Shown: positions 42,725 to 56,330 of the stretch, one piece after another
Layout: every line of letters starts with the position of its first letter
How positions within the stretch are numbered: position 1 is the stretch's first letter
Assembly: GCF_009914755.1 (NCBI RefSeq)
Contig: NC_060926.1
Source of the DNA: the human T2T-CHM13v2.0 reference genome, Homo sapiens
Length of the DNA: 64,000 nt
Direction: 5' to 3' (one strand)
The notes under the pieces: generated by a model
What the model was told of the DNA's origin: nothing
Databases searched by the model: none
The model's input: only the letters and a program-made list of their open reading frames with translations
Position numbers and translations under genes: made by a program

Positions 42725-45700
42725 AGGGAAAGATGGCTGACTAGATGCAGATAAGTGGAACAAATAGCTCCCACAAGGGACTGGGATGACTCACATGCTT
42801 TTAACAGATCTTCAGAGGGAAGACACCTAGAGTGGATAGAAGGAAGACATAGAAGCTGGGCAGAAGGAGGAGAAAGCTGGGAACCCTGCATGGGCTACTG
42901 CACTGGGACTTATTTAGAAAATACAACCGCTCCAGGGGAATGGGTGAATTAAACTGGCAAGGAGCAACCCACTGTCACCAAAACCCTCTGGAATCCTGGT
43001 AGTAGGGGACCTCTCAACCATCATGGACACTTGGAGTGGCAGGGAAAGCTGCTTAGAGAATTGGTGCTTACAGGGCTTACAGGGCACTCCTAGGTACCCT
43101 GGGGCCCCATACCACAGCTTCTGTGCCGGTAGATCATACCTAACTGGTAGACAGCTCCAGTGAGGCGGCTCCTAGAGCCACACACCAGCCTGGATGCTCC
43201 CTCCCCGTACTGTTGCTTCCCCTCCACCCACAGCAACTCCCCACATCACTTTGCTGGCACTTTTCTGCACAGGGGGGTTTTGCTTTACTTGCCCTGCCAG
43301 CAATCCATAATGCAGTCTGCCCACACTCCCTGTGCTGACTGCCATTGCAGATGGAACCTTGGAGGTCACAGAGCCAGCAAGCCCCGCCCCTGCCTGTGCC
43401 CCACCCTTGCACTAACACTGTGCAGAGAACAACTGATCCTCCCACACCCTAATTGATCACTCCTGCTTTGGGATCATAGAGAAGGCACCCAGACTCACAC
43501 TGGCCAGCATCCAACCCCAAGCCAACACCACTACCAGTACAAACCGTGTACACAGTCTCCAGAAGGGGCCTTCTGGTGGTGCCTCAGCTGCTTTGTCTCC
43601 TCCAGTTTAGTGAATGCCTGCAGGGAGGCAGGTACTCCTGTATCTATGGACACTCTGCTGCAGCTGCCACACATTGGCTCCCCCAGGGCAGTGGACTCCA
43701 AACCTCAAGGAGCCAGAAAAGAAAGATGGGGCCCAATACAAGTATCCCAGAGTTAGAGCACACAGTACGGCAGCTGGGAGCTGAGCGTTGGCTCCCTAAA
43801 ATTTCCCAGGAATGCAGCAAGTTGGTTGAATCCACCTTATACCACAATCAAACCCTCAAGGCCATCAAATAGGATAAAAGATAAAACAACAATCCAAAGG
43901 TCAGCACCCTCAAAGATTGAAGGTAGATAAGCCCACAAATGTGAGAAAGAAATTGTGCAAGAATGCTGAAAACTCAACAAGCCAGACTGCCTTCTTTCTT
44001 CCAAACAAACACATCACCTTTCCAGCAAGCGTTTGGAACTGGGCTAAGATGGCTGAGATGACAGAAATAGAATTCAAAAATTGGATAGTAATGAAGTTCA
44101 TTGAGCTCTTAAAGACCTAAAAAGAGACTTAGACTCCCACGCAATACAGTGGTCTACTTTAACAACCCACTGACAGTATTAGACAGATCATCAAGACAGA
44201 AAATTAACAAAGATATACAGGACATAAACTCAGCACTGGATTAAATGGACTTGATAGGTATCTACAGAACACTCCACCCAAAAACAACAAAATATACATT
44301 CTTCTTATCACCACATGACACACTCTATAATTGATCACATAATCAGCAGTAAAAACTCCTCAGCAAATGCAAAATAACTAAAATCATAACAATTTATTTA
44401 ACCAGAACACAATCAAATTAGAACTCAAGAAATTCACTAAAAACCATACAATTACATGAAAATTGAATAACCTGCTCCTAAATGACTTTTGGGTAAACAA
44501 TGAAATTAAGGCAGAAATTAACAAGATATTGGAAACTAATGAGAATAAAGATACAACATGCCAGAATCTCCAGAACACAGCTAAGACAGTGTTAAGGGGA
44601 AATTTATAGCACATTTGGTGCCCACATCAAAAAGTTAGAAAGATCTCAAGTTAACAGACTAACATCACAACTAGGAGAACTAGAGAACCAAAAGGAAACA
44701 AATCTTAAAGCTGGCAGAAGACAAGAATAACCAAAATCAGAGCTGAACTGAAGGAGGTTGAGGCCCAAAAACAAAACAAAACAAAACAAAAATTCAAATA
44801 GCAAATAATCCAGGAGTTGTGGGGGATTTTTTGAAAAAAAATAAAATAAAATATATAGACCTCTAGCTAGACTAATAAGAAAAGAGGGAAGATTTTAATA
44901 AACACAATCAGAAGCAACAAGGGGGATGTTACCACTGACCCCACAGAAATACAACCAATGATCAGAGAATATTATGAACACCTCTTCCCACATAAACCAG
45001 AAAATCTAGAAAATGGATAAATTCCTGGACATATACACCATCCCATGACTGAACCAGGAAGAAATTAAATTCCTGAACAGACCAATAATGAGCTCTGAAA
45101 TTGAAGCAGTAATAAATAGCCTACTACCAAAAAAAGCCCAGGACCAGAGGCATTCATAGCTGATTTCTACCAGATGTAAAAAGAAAAGCTGGTACCATTC
45201 CTACGAAACTATTCCAAAATTGAGGAGGAGGACTCCTCCCTTGCTCATTCTATGAGGTCAGCATTGTCCTGATACCAAAACCTGGCAGAGATACAACAAA
45301 TTAAGAAAACTGCAGACCGATATCCTTGTTGAACATGTATGTAAAAATCCCTAATAAAATACTGGCAAACTGAATCCAGCAACACATCAAAAATCTTGTC
45401 CACCACAATCAAGTAGGCTTTATCCCTGGGATGCAAAGTTGGTTCAACATATGCAAATCAATAAATGTGATTAAGCACATAAACAGAACAAAGACAAATA
45501 ACATGATTTTTATCTCAATAGACACAGGAAAGGTTTTTGATAACATTCAACACCCCTTCGTGTTAAAAACTCTCAATTAAGTAGGCTTTGAAGGAATATA
45601 TCTAAAAATAATGAGTCATCAATGGCAAACCCAGACCCAACATCATATTAGATGGGCAAAAACTGGAAGCATTCCCCTTGAAAACTAGTACAAGACAGGT

Positions 45701-48035
45701 ATTTCCTCTCTCACCATTCCTCTTCAGTATAGTATTGACGTCTTGGACATGGCAATCAGGCAAGAGAAAGAAATAAAATGCATCCAAGTGGGAAGAGAGG
45801 ATTTCAACCCATCCCTGTTGGCAGGCAACATGATTCCATATCTAGAAAACCCCATAGTGTCTTCCCAAAAGATTCAGAAGATGATAAACAACAATTTTAG
45901 CAAAGTCTCAGGATACGCAATCAAAGTGCAAAAATCACTAACATTCCTATACATCACTAACAGTCAAGAGCCAAATCACAAATGAACTCCCATTCACAAT
46001 TGCCTCAAAAAGAATATGATTCCTAGGAATACAGCTAACTAGTGAGGTGAAAGATCTCTGCAAGGAGAACTACAAATCACTGCACAAAGAAATCAGAGAT
46101 GACACAAACAAATGGAAAAACATTCCATGCTCCTGGGTAGGAAAAACCGATATCATTAAAATAGCCATATGATTTATAGGTTCAATGTTATTTCTATTAA
46201 ACTACCAATGACATTCTTCAAATAACTAGAGAAAACTATTTTAAAATTCACACAGAACCCAAAAAGAGCCCAAATAACCAAGGAATCCTAAGCAAAAAGA
46301 ACAAAGCTGGAGGCATCACTCTCCCTGACTTCGAACTATACTACAGGGCTACAGTAACCAAAACAGCATGGCACTGGTAAAAAACAGGCACGTAGATCAA
46401 TGAAATAGAATACAGAACCCAGGAATAAGGCTGCACACCTACAACTACCTGGTCTTCAACAAACCTTACAAAAACAAGCTATGAGGAAAATATTCCCTAT
46501 TCAATCAATGACTGTGAGATAACTGACTAGCCACATACAGAAGACTGAACCTGGACCCCTTTCTTATATCATATGCAAAAATTAACTTAAGATGTATTAA
46601 AGACTTAAATGTAAAACCCACAACTATAAAAACTCTGGAATACAACCTAGGCAATACCATTCAGGACATAGGCACAGGCAAAGATTTCATAATGAAGACA
46701 GCAGAGGCAATTGCAAAAAAGGCAAAAATTGATAAATGAGATCTAATTAAACTAAAGAGCTTCTGCACAGCAAAAGAAACTATCAACAGAGGAAAGAGAA
46801 AACCTACAGAATGTGAGGAAATTTTTTCAAACTATGCATCCAACAAAAGTCTAATACCCAGCATCTGTAGGAAACAAACAAATTTACAAGAGAAAAACAA
46901 CCCCTTTTAAAAAGCGGGCAAAGTATATGAACAGACACTTTTCAAAACAAGACATACATATGGCTGACAATCACATGGAAAAAAACTCAACATCGCTGAT
47001 TATTAGAGAAATGCAAATCAAAACCACAATGAGACAGCATCTCACACAAGCGAAAATGGCTATTAAAAAATAAAAAAAGGGCCAAGTGCGATGGCTCATG
47101 CCTGTAATCTCAGCACTTTGGGAGGCTCAGGCAAGTGGATCACAAGGTCAGGAGATCAAGACCATCCTGGTTAACGTGGTGAAACCCTGTCTCTACTAAA
47201 AATACAAAAAAATTAGCTGGGTGTGGTGGCACATGCCTGTTAACCCAGCTACTCAGGAGGCTGAGGCTGGAGAATCGCTTGAACCATGGAGTCGGAGTTT
47301 GCAGTGAGCCAAGACTGTCACTGCACCGCAGCCTGGTAAAAGAGCAAGACTATCTAAGAAAAAAAAAAGACTAACAATAACAGATGCTGGTGAAGTTATG
47401 GAGAAAAAGGAGTGCTTAAACACTGTTGGTAGAGTGTAAATTGGTTTAAACGTTGTGGAAGACAATGTGGTGATTTCTCAAAGACCTAAAGATAGAAATA
47501 CCATTTGACCTAGCAATTCCATTACTGGGTATATACCCAAAGCAATATAAATAATTCTATTATAAAAACACATGCATGCGTATGTTCATTGCAGGACTAG
47601 TCACAAAGACATGGAATCAACCTAAATTACCATCAATTACACATTAGATAAAGAAAATGTGGTATATACACACCATGGAACACTATGCAGCCATGAAGAA
47701 GAATGAGATCATGTCCTCTGCAAAGATATGGATGGAGCTGGAGACCATAATCCTTAGCAAACCAAGGCAGGAACAGAAAACCAAATACTGCATGTTCTCA
47801 CTTATAAGTGTGAGCTAAATGATGGGAACACGTAGACACATAGAGGGGAACACACATACTGGGGCCAATAAGAGGAAGGTTTGAGGAAGGAGAAGATCAA
47901 GAAAACTAGTTAATAAGTATAAAGCTTAATACCTGGGTGATGAACTAATCTGTACAACAAACACCCATGACACACAGTTACCTATGTAACAAACCTGCAC
48001 ATGTACCCCTGAACTTAAAAGTTAAAAAAAAAAAA
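42725..48035 (+). mobile_element. Near-full-length L1PA13-16-like LINE with an internal deletion at about 44107 (most of ORF1 and the start of ORF2)
   Basis: 5' aagatggctgactagatgcag; ORF1 start-like EMTEIEFKNWIVMKFIEL joined to ORF2 endonuclease ..agacctaaaaagagacttagactccc; 3' cttaatacctgggtgatga..gtacccctgaacttaaaagtt plus A-tail; TSD-like gaaa(g)tgaagaaca. Confidence 0.9.
47079..47368 (+). mobile_element. AluSc-like insertion in L1
   Basis: ggccaagtgcgatggctcatgcctg...ggagatcaagaccatcctgg...ggagaatcgcttgaacc. Confidence 0.92.
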
Positions 48036-49846
48036 GGAAATGAAGAACAAAGTTGAAGGAATTATCTGATTCTAAGACTTACTCTGAACTTCCAGTAATC
48101 AAGATAGTGTAAGACAAAATAGATCAAGTGAAATAATGGTGTCCAGACATAGATTCACACATAACAAATGAAATTAGTTTTTATAATGAGATCAAATCAA
48201 TTTAATGGAGGAAATAAACAGTCTTCAAAGAATAGTGCTTGAGCAACTGGAAATCTGTATTTTGTAAAAAATGACCTTCAGTTCTTACTTCATACCCTAC
48301 ATAAAATTTAATGTGAGATGAAAAACAGACCTAAATGCACATGTTAGTACTATAAAGCTTGTAGAAGAAAACATTAAAGAATGTCTCCATGACTTTGGGG
48401 GAGGCAAATGTTCTTAAAAGCACACATTGAAAGCACTAACCATAGGGAATAAAATGATAAACTGACTTCATAAAATTAAAAATGTCGGCATATCAAATGG
48501 TATCATTAAAAAATAAATAGGCAAGTCAAGACTGAGAAAAATATCTAAATTACATATATTTGACAAAATATCTTTATTTGGAATATATAAAGAATTTCTA
48601 CAACTGAATAATATAAAGACAATCCAACAATATGGACAAAAGGCTCTAATAGACATTTCACAAGAGAAGGTACGTAAATGACCAATAAGCAATCCTAGCC
48701 ATTAGGGAGATGGAATTAAAATCACCATGATACACTACTATATACCTACTAGGATTGCTAAAACAAAACCCAGTCAGCATTAAATGGTGCAAGGACATGC
48801 TGTAACTGGAACTGTCAGACATTGTTTTTGAGAGTGTAAAAATGTATAAATTCTTTGTAAATTCTTTGGCATGCTATTAAAAATGTAAACACACATCTAC
48901 TCAGTGTCCTAGAAACTTTTATGTATTTTTTTTAGACGGAGTGAAAACATGTTGCACTAAAAGCCTTGCATGCCTATGCTAATAGCAGTTTTACTCATAA
49001 CAGGCAAACTGGAAACAGCCCAGATGGTCATTAACAACAATGAATAAACTATAGTATATTCATGCCATGAAATAATACTCAGCATTAAAATGAATGAACT
49101 ACTGTTGTACTTAACATCGGTCTTTCTCAAAAATATTATGCTGAGTGAACAAAGCTAGACGATACGGAATACATCTTTTATCATTTCATTTCTATGAAGT
49201 TTTAAAACAGGCGAAATCAATCTATTGTGATGGGAATCATATCATTGCTTGCTTTGAGGGAGTAATTCAATGGGCAATGGTATGAAAGAACTTCTAGGGT
49301 GATAAAATATTCTTAGTAAGAGTCAAGTTAAATATACGTATATATATATACACACACACACATATATATATCTGTATGTATGTCAAAATTGATGAAAAGA
49401 TATACATAAGACTTACAAATTTCATTCTGGGTGTACTATACCTCAATAAACTTAACACATAGGGATGAAAGAAGTTAAGGAATAAATCACAAGAATTTTG
49501 GGGCTGAGTGCCTTAATAGTAATATCTAAAAACAATCATATTTATTATCATCTACTTAGCTTATTACATCTTAAGTATGATAATGTACCTACTCATAATT
49601 TTTAAATCCGCCAATAAATTATCAAATAATTAGTCTTTGGAAGCATTATATATGACACATTACATATTCATAATATTTGGCATATAGTATTTATATTCCT
49701 ATTCTTAAAATTAAATAAATTCGAGGAAAAAGTAAAGAAAGAATTTGAAAAAACATAGCAGCATAAGAAAAGGTATGGTATTAGCAAGCACACACGGACT
49801 CCTTTATTCATTCAGCGCTGACATAACCTATTATGGTTAAACATAT

Positions 49847-49927
49847 CATTACCTATGGAGGGTTTATAATAACAACAAAAAAAGACATTACCTATGGAGG
49901 GTTTATAATAACAACAATAAAAGACAT
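49847..49927 (+). repeat. 39-bp tandem duplication
   Basis: cattacctatggagggtttataataacaacaa(a/t)aaaaga, two copies. Confidence 0.92.
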
Positions 49928-52900
49928 GAAGTAAAAAATTCTTCCTGACCTAACTTAATTTAGGAGTAAATTTTACACATACAATTCAGTATGTGATTAT
50001 TTGCCAAAATTAGTGGATGTGACAAATATGTAGAGAAAGAATGAAAAGTAATAGCCACATTAGTGGTTTTGTTTTGTTTTTATGAATATATATATTTATA
50101 TATACACACATATATACATATATGCATATTATATATATATTTATATATTATATATATATATATATATAAATTTTTGTTTGAAAACTTAAACTAAACTCTC
50201 AAGCAGGGGATGTTATGGTGAAATCTTTTTTCCTCCGGTCTCATGAAGCTACCTTCATCAGTTGATGGGAACAAGACCCCTGAGAAGAGGGTTGGGAGCT
50301 TAGTGTATGGGTCCCTAGATTAATGTATCCAAAAGAGATGTGTTCAGATTGTCGATACAGATTATTTGTCAAGAGTGTTCAAGGTTATCATTTGGCAACT
50401 AATACCACCAAAAAAGGTAAAGTGCAAGAAAAACTATTTGACCTTAAATTGTTGATTTTTTAAAATGGAAACAATTGGTTATGAAATATCAGGATGCTTC
50501 AGAAATGACAGACATGAATGAGATAACAACCTTGAGTAGATACACAGACAAACAGGAATTCTAGTCAGTGCCAATCCCCACTAACACATCGTTGTGCATA
50601 CACTGAGAATTTCATCTTTCTTCTCTTTGAATATCACACTATTATGTTTCATCTGTATTAAATAAATTAAGTAATTTGCTCTGTTGCCCTTCCTCATTTT
50701 CTTATTTCATTTCTTAAAACAAATGAAAATATGCTGTGATCATAATGCATGACAATATAATTCAGAAAATAGAAACTAAGCATTTAAAATGCTTTCATAT
50801 TTCATTTATGAGACTTTTTTTTTGTACTATGTATGTGTTTCTGTGGTTCCTGAATAAATGGCATCTTCCATCAATATTTAATTGTCATCTCCAGGATTCC
50901 TAGATTTTGGGAGCTAATAATGAAATATATCCCTTTATATCCTACAAAAGAGACAGCAAAGTTATGTTGCTTCCCGTAACATTTTAAATACATTAGTTGA
51001 TTCACTAAACTTCTTTTTCTCACCTACAAAGAGAAAGCAAATAATTTTAACCATCTCAATAATTCTGTTTAATTTTGTTTTTTAAATGCTTGAACATAAG
51101 CCCATCAAACTAACTGAAGTAACAAATGAAAGGCTCATTATTAGTATAAAGTGGTTTTATAGTACCAACAAAAAAGCAAGGAACTACAAGCAAATGCATG
51201 AGAAGTGGAAAGTCAGATACTTATGCCCCTTTCTGCATCTCTCTCTTCTCTGCTTCTCTCCAGGTGCCTACTCAAATTTCCTCCCATTGTGGGCAAGTTT
51301 CCTTTGCTTTCTCAGTTTACACGTGGCACAACATGCCCATCAGACTCAACTTTATTTGGGGACATTTTGGCTTTAAGCCAACATCAGTAATGACTTGGTT
51401 CAGATGTCCTTTCTTTAAGGGCCACTAAAATTCCCCTTGCTTCCAGGGAGCATGTATGCAGAAATGGATATCAAGGATATCAAAGCAAGGCCTTGTAGGC
51501 CTTGTAGGGCCTGCCTGGGTCTCTAATCCATTTCTGCACACATGAACATATCAAAGCCACTCTTAGAATCACTGAAGTGTGAGCTATTTGGACTGAGGAT
51601 AATAACCTTGTTCATGAATCACAGCTTAGAAGCAACCCTGCAAGAATGTTTTCTATTCCATGGGTTAGTGGAAAGTTTTTAGACCCAGGGAGAAATTTTG
51701 TATAAAAAGAGAAATTCCATAAGAAGAAACAGTTGTCACTTTTAAAATCTAATCATCAACTTTAGGTTAGGATGAGCGATCACTGATGATAATTCTTGGT
51801 AGTATATAGCCTGTTTAAATAGTTTACTAGATGTTTTGAACCAAATTTATCAGTAGTAACTTTAGAATTTGGTAAAGGCAGATAAGATTATTTTGGTACC
51901 TGAATCTACACTGAAATAAACTGGCTTCATCATCCTAACTGTGGCTATTTACCTGAGGATTGTGTGGCTTATGTCAGTGAAAATTCCCAAAGATATTGAA
52001 ATTAACTGGACTAATTCCAGTATATAATGGGCACATCATAAGCTGTATTCCATTCCCAGCTAAGCAAAATACAGAGATGTTTCCTAATCCTTGTACTACT
52101 ATATGACCCCTGTACTAATATATGGCATTGCCTTCATAGATTTGCAATAATTTACATAGCAGGATGCATTAGTTGGAGATAATTAAATATATTTTATCTT
52201 TTATATCTACATGCTGAAATTATTTTATTTGTTTACTTGTATGTGTGCTTCTCCAAGGCAATAGCATCTGCTTGTACTCATTTTCCCATTGCATTTCTAA
52301 TATGCACCAAATATGGATTATCCAATTCAGGACTGATATGTTTTTGAAGGGAATGCATTTACAGCTCATGGAATGATGCCTTCGGCTATTTACAGAAAAA
52401 GGGACTTTCTAGTGAAAGAATATCACTCATATCTCTTAAACAAATATTAATATTAGTTTACCCTATTAGGGTCTACAAATGGCTAAGGCATACCTTGCAC
52501 TTATTTATATCCTTAAAGAGAGCAAGAGAAAAAAACGACCCAATCAAACAATAAATACATTACAATTAAATATATACTTCATCAACACTTTCTCTTTCCT
52601 GGGTTAAAGAAAATGACCTGTGAAGTGGTGCATAGATCAACTTAATATATGGGATTTTTTATAATTTGGATTTGATGAGTTAAATATTGCTTTTGAATGG
52701 TTGATGATAAAAAACTTTAAAGAGTAAAAGCATTGAAAGTTCTATGAATTATTTTTATGTATGTTCAGCATCTAGGAGTAGATGACATTTAATAATTATT
52801 TCTTAATTTATTGAATGAGTGAAGGCAAAGGGAAATAAAAAGGACATTTACTTTATAGAATTGTTTTCAATGTCTACATCACAAATACAATAGACATACC

Positions 52901-53101
52901 TGTATTGAAAAGGCAGCCTCTGAGCACTCAATATCCTTATTATAAATGTCCTTTATCTCAGTGCTGCATAGATTCTATTGCTCAGTTTTCTTACTCAAAT
53001 TGATAGGTGTTACTCATTTTCTTAATCTCTATTCATAGCTTCCAAAATTGTGGTGAATGTGGACCTACACTTTATCCCACAAGCAATCGCCTGTCTACTT
53101 C

Positions 53102-53547
53102 TTTTTTTTTCTTTAATCGTTTTTTTATTATTTTTTATTTTATTATTATTATACTTTAAGTTTTAGGGTACATGTGCATAATGTGCAGGTTTGTTACATA
53201 TGTATACATGTGCCATGCTGGTGTGTTGCACCCATTAACTCGTCATTTAGCATTAGGTATATCTCCTAATGCTATCCATCCCCCCTCCCCCCACCCCACG
53301 ACAGTCCCCAGAGTGTGATGTTCCCCTTCCTGTGTCCATGTGTTCTCATTGTCCAATTCCCACCTATGAGTGAGAACATGCGGTGTTTGGTATTTTTGTC
53401 CTTGCGATAGTTTACTGAGAATGGTGATTTCCAATTTCATCCATGTCCCTACAAAGGAAATGAACTCATCATTTTTTATGGCTGCATAGCATTCCATGCT
53501 GTATATGTGCCACATTTTCTTAATGCAGTCTATCACTGGTGGACATT
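53102..53547 (-). mobile_element. 5'-truncated L1PA (PA3/4-like) with TSD
   Basis: tatactttaagttttagggtacatgtg...tctatcactggtggacatt; TSD tctacttcttt on both sides. Confidence 0.95.
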
Positions 53548-54849
53548 TCTCTACTTCTTTAAGACTCACAGATTCTCTAAATCAAATTGGGAAAAGGTTA
53601 GAAATTCATAGAAGTAACCATTTCCTATGAATCTCCACATTGTTGGTTCTGTGTTTGGCTTTTTTTATTCTGCTAGGAAAATCTTTGCAAACCTGTCTTT
53701 TGTCTTTATCAAGAATTGTACTTGTTCTCTTGGGCTTCCCTGAAATGGTATAAATTTTAAACAGAGCTTGTAGGTTGAATAATACCAGTCAATGCTGTTA
53801 ATTAACTGCAAGATATTCAGGTCTTTCTATAAGGCTCAAAGTAAACTAGGTACCTTAAAAATGTGTTGTTAAAACATATTTTGTTTAGTATCACCAAAGG
53901 CACAAGGGAACTTTTTTTAAAAAATACATTTGAGACAATGAAATAGAAAAAAAAACTAAGTCCCTGTTTATTAGAAATGAATATTTTAAAAACATAAGTT
54001 TAAAATCTTAATTATATTCTATTTTGAGCATAAATTAGTTATGTTTATTATTTTATTTTTCATATTTTTTATCTCTGAATTAGCATGCAGTTTACAGTCA
54101 TTTTCAGCTAAGTGGATTTGTGAAATAGTTGACATTTTCTGAACAAGAAAAGCACCATAAAATTTGCATGGTGCATATTAAAAACTTGGAAGAAAATATA
54201 GGGAAATTTTGGGTCATAATTTTAGGAAATGCTCCTCCACCAGTGCTCTTGATGGAGCAAACACAGGACCATACTCTGGGACAACATGGAGACCAACAAT
54301 TCAACAATTCATAATAGAAAAGTATTCAGAAGAGTTGGGCTTTGGTGAGAAGTTCTAAAAAAAAAAAAGCTTAAATTTGTCTTGCATATATTTTGCAAAA
54401 AAGACTGGATTTTATATTTCTACACTTATAGCTTTTTACTATTTCTTGAATTGGCTTCATTTATGTCCAAAATAACCACCATACTTAGTACAGTAGCCTA
54501 CTATGTGCTGGGTACAGGGGCAGGTACTTTATATGTATTTCTATTTTGTTGTAATAATATAATTCAGATATCATTAGACACATTTAGATATCATTAGACA
54601 CATAATCTTAGAGTATAAATAAATTGCCAAAGCTAATAGTGAATGGTGATTCTGGAATGTAGGGCTCAGTTTTCAGAAGCTCCATTGCTTATATTATGCT
54701 TTCACATATTAAAATTATTACAGGAGGAACTAACCATTCATTAATCTTCTAGTAATCATTAATTCCTTGGCGGCATCCTCAAATTTAATCGAACAATGTC
54801 TACTTAGCAACTATTGTGTTCATTTCTTAAGTAGTTAACGATTTTTTAG

Positions 54850-56330
54850 ATTGAGCAGCTACTATCTGCCAGACATAGTTCTAGAAACTGGGTATATAGC
54901 AATAAACAAAAGAGAACACAAGTCATGCTCTTATGGAGCTGACATTCTAGTAAGAAAGGGTCAAAGTATGAACAAAACATACTTGCATAAAGACAAAGTC
55001 TATAGAGGAAAAATAAAATAAGGAAGAGGGATAGACAGTCTGAGCTGGGAAGGGTCTTGCAATATTATACAAGGTAACGAAGTAGGTTCTCATAGAGAAT
55101 GTGGCATTTGAATAAAGACTTAATGTAGGCAAGAAGAAACTGTTGGATTTATCTGTGGAAAAGATGGGTGAGCATCAAGAGTAACATTTTAAAATTTAAG
55201 TAGCTGACATATTTGAAGAACAAGACAGCAGTCTGGCTAGAGCAGAGTAAGTTAAAACTAGTTATACTGAATGAGGTTCGAACAGTAATAGAAGGAAGGG
55301 GGCTACTGGGTAGGTCCTTAACAACTTTCTCTGGCGGTTACTGTGTATAAGATTAAAAACTATTGGAAGATTTTAAATAGATGTGTATCACAAGGTGCCT
55401 TCGATTTTTAAAAATATGACAGTGGCTGCTACTGTGTTGAGAATAGATTGAGAAGAGCAAAGACAATTAGGAAGACAAAGTAGATTATTGGCAACAAACC
55501 AGGCAAGGCATTGATAGTGGGCTTGGAGAAGTGATAGCAAGTGAAAATGACAACATGTAATTGGATTCTGGATATACTTTGAAGATAGAGCCTAAATTAT
55601 TTGCTAGTGGATTGAATGTGGGATGTGAGCAACATACAGTAGTAAAAAAAAAAAAAAAAAACACCCTAAAATTCTTGGATTGTAGAAGTGGAAAGTTCTA
55701 GATGATATTTACTGAGATAAAGGCAACTGCAAGAGCAGCAGATTTGGGGACAGGGTAATCAGAAGCTTAGATTTAAGCATGTTAAATCCCTATTCAATAT
55801 TCCATATAGACATAAAGTAGTCAGTAGGGAAAAAAGACTGGACTTCATGGAAAGTATGTGGGCAGAGATACAAATTTGGGAGTCATCAGATGGCTTGTGA
55901 AGACATAAGACTAGAGGAGATCTTCAAGGAAGCAATTTGCAGTGAAAGTAGCTGAGGCCAGAGGACACTCGACATTTAATGGTTAAGGAGAAGAAGTAGC
56001 AATGTGCTAAGGAGACTACAAAGGAAAAGCTAGAGAAATGTCCAATGAATATGGTATTGTTGGAGCCAGCTGACAACTGTGGCTCCAAGCAGAAGAGAAT
56101 GAACTATGATATATCCAGCTGATAACAGGAAGATGTAGGATTCACTTTGGAATTTAGCAACGTAGAAATTGTCAGTTTTGATAAGTGAACCTGGCAGAAT
56201 GGTAGGGGCCAAAACCTGATGAAAGTTGTGCCAACAGAGAACAGGAGAGGATCTGCACATAGTATGTACTGAAAACTCTTAAGAATTTTGTTATAAAAAA
56301 CAAGAGAATGAGGTAGTGGGTGGAAGTAAA
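54850..56330 (-). mobile_element. L2 LINE fossil
   Basis: ttgagcagctactatctgccag...gctcttatggagctgacattctag...gattctggatatactttgaagatagagcc...gagatacaaatttgggagtcatcag...ttggaatttagcaac. Confidence 0.88.

Larger units (their letters stand above)
42520..49450 (+). mobile_element. Old L1M (MB/MC) ORF2-3' fossil split by the L1PA insertion (pieces at about 42520-42724 and 48036-49450)
   Basis: gtagaaatgacaagcattctaaaaattttat...gaaagtgaagaaca | gaaatgaagaacaaagttgaagga...cagtaatcaagatagtgt...atacctcaataaa. Confidence 0.8.
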
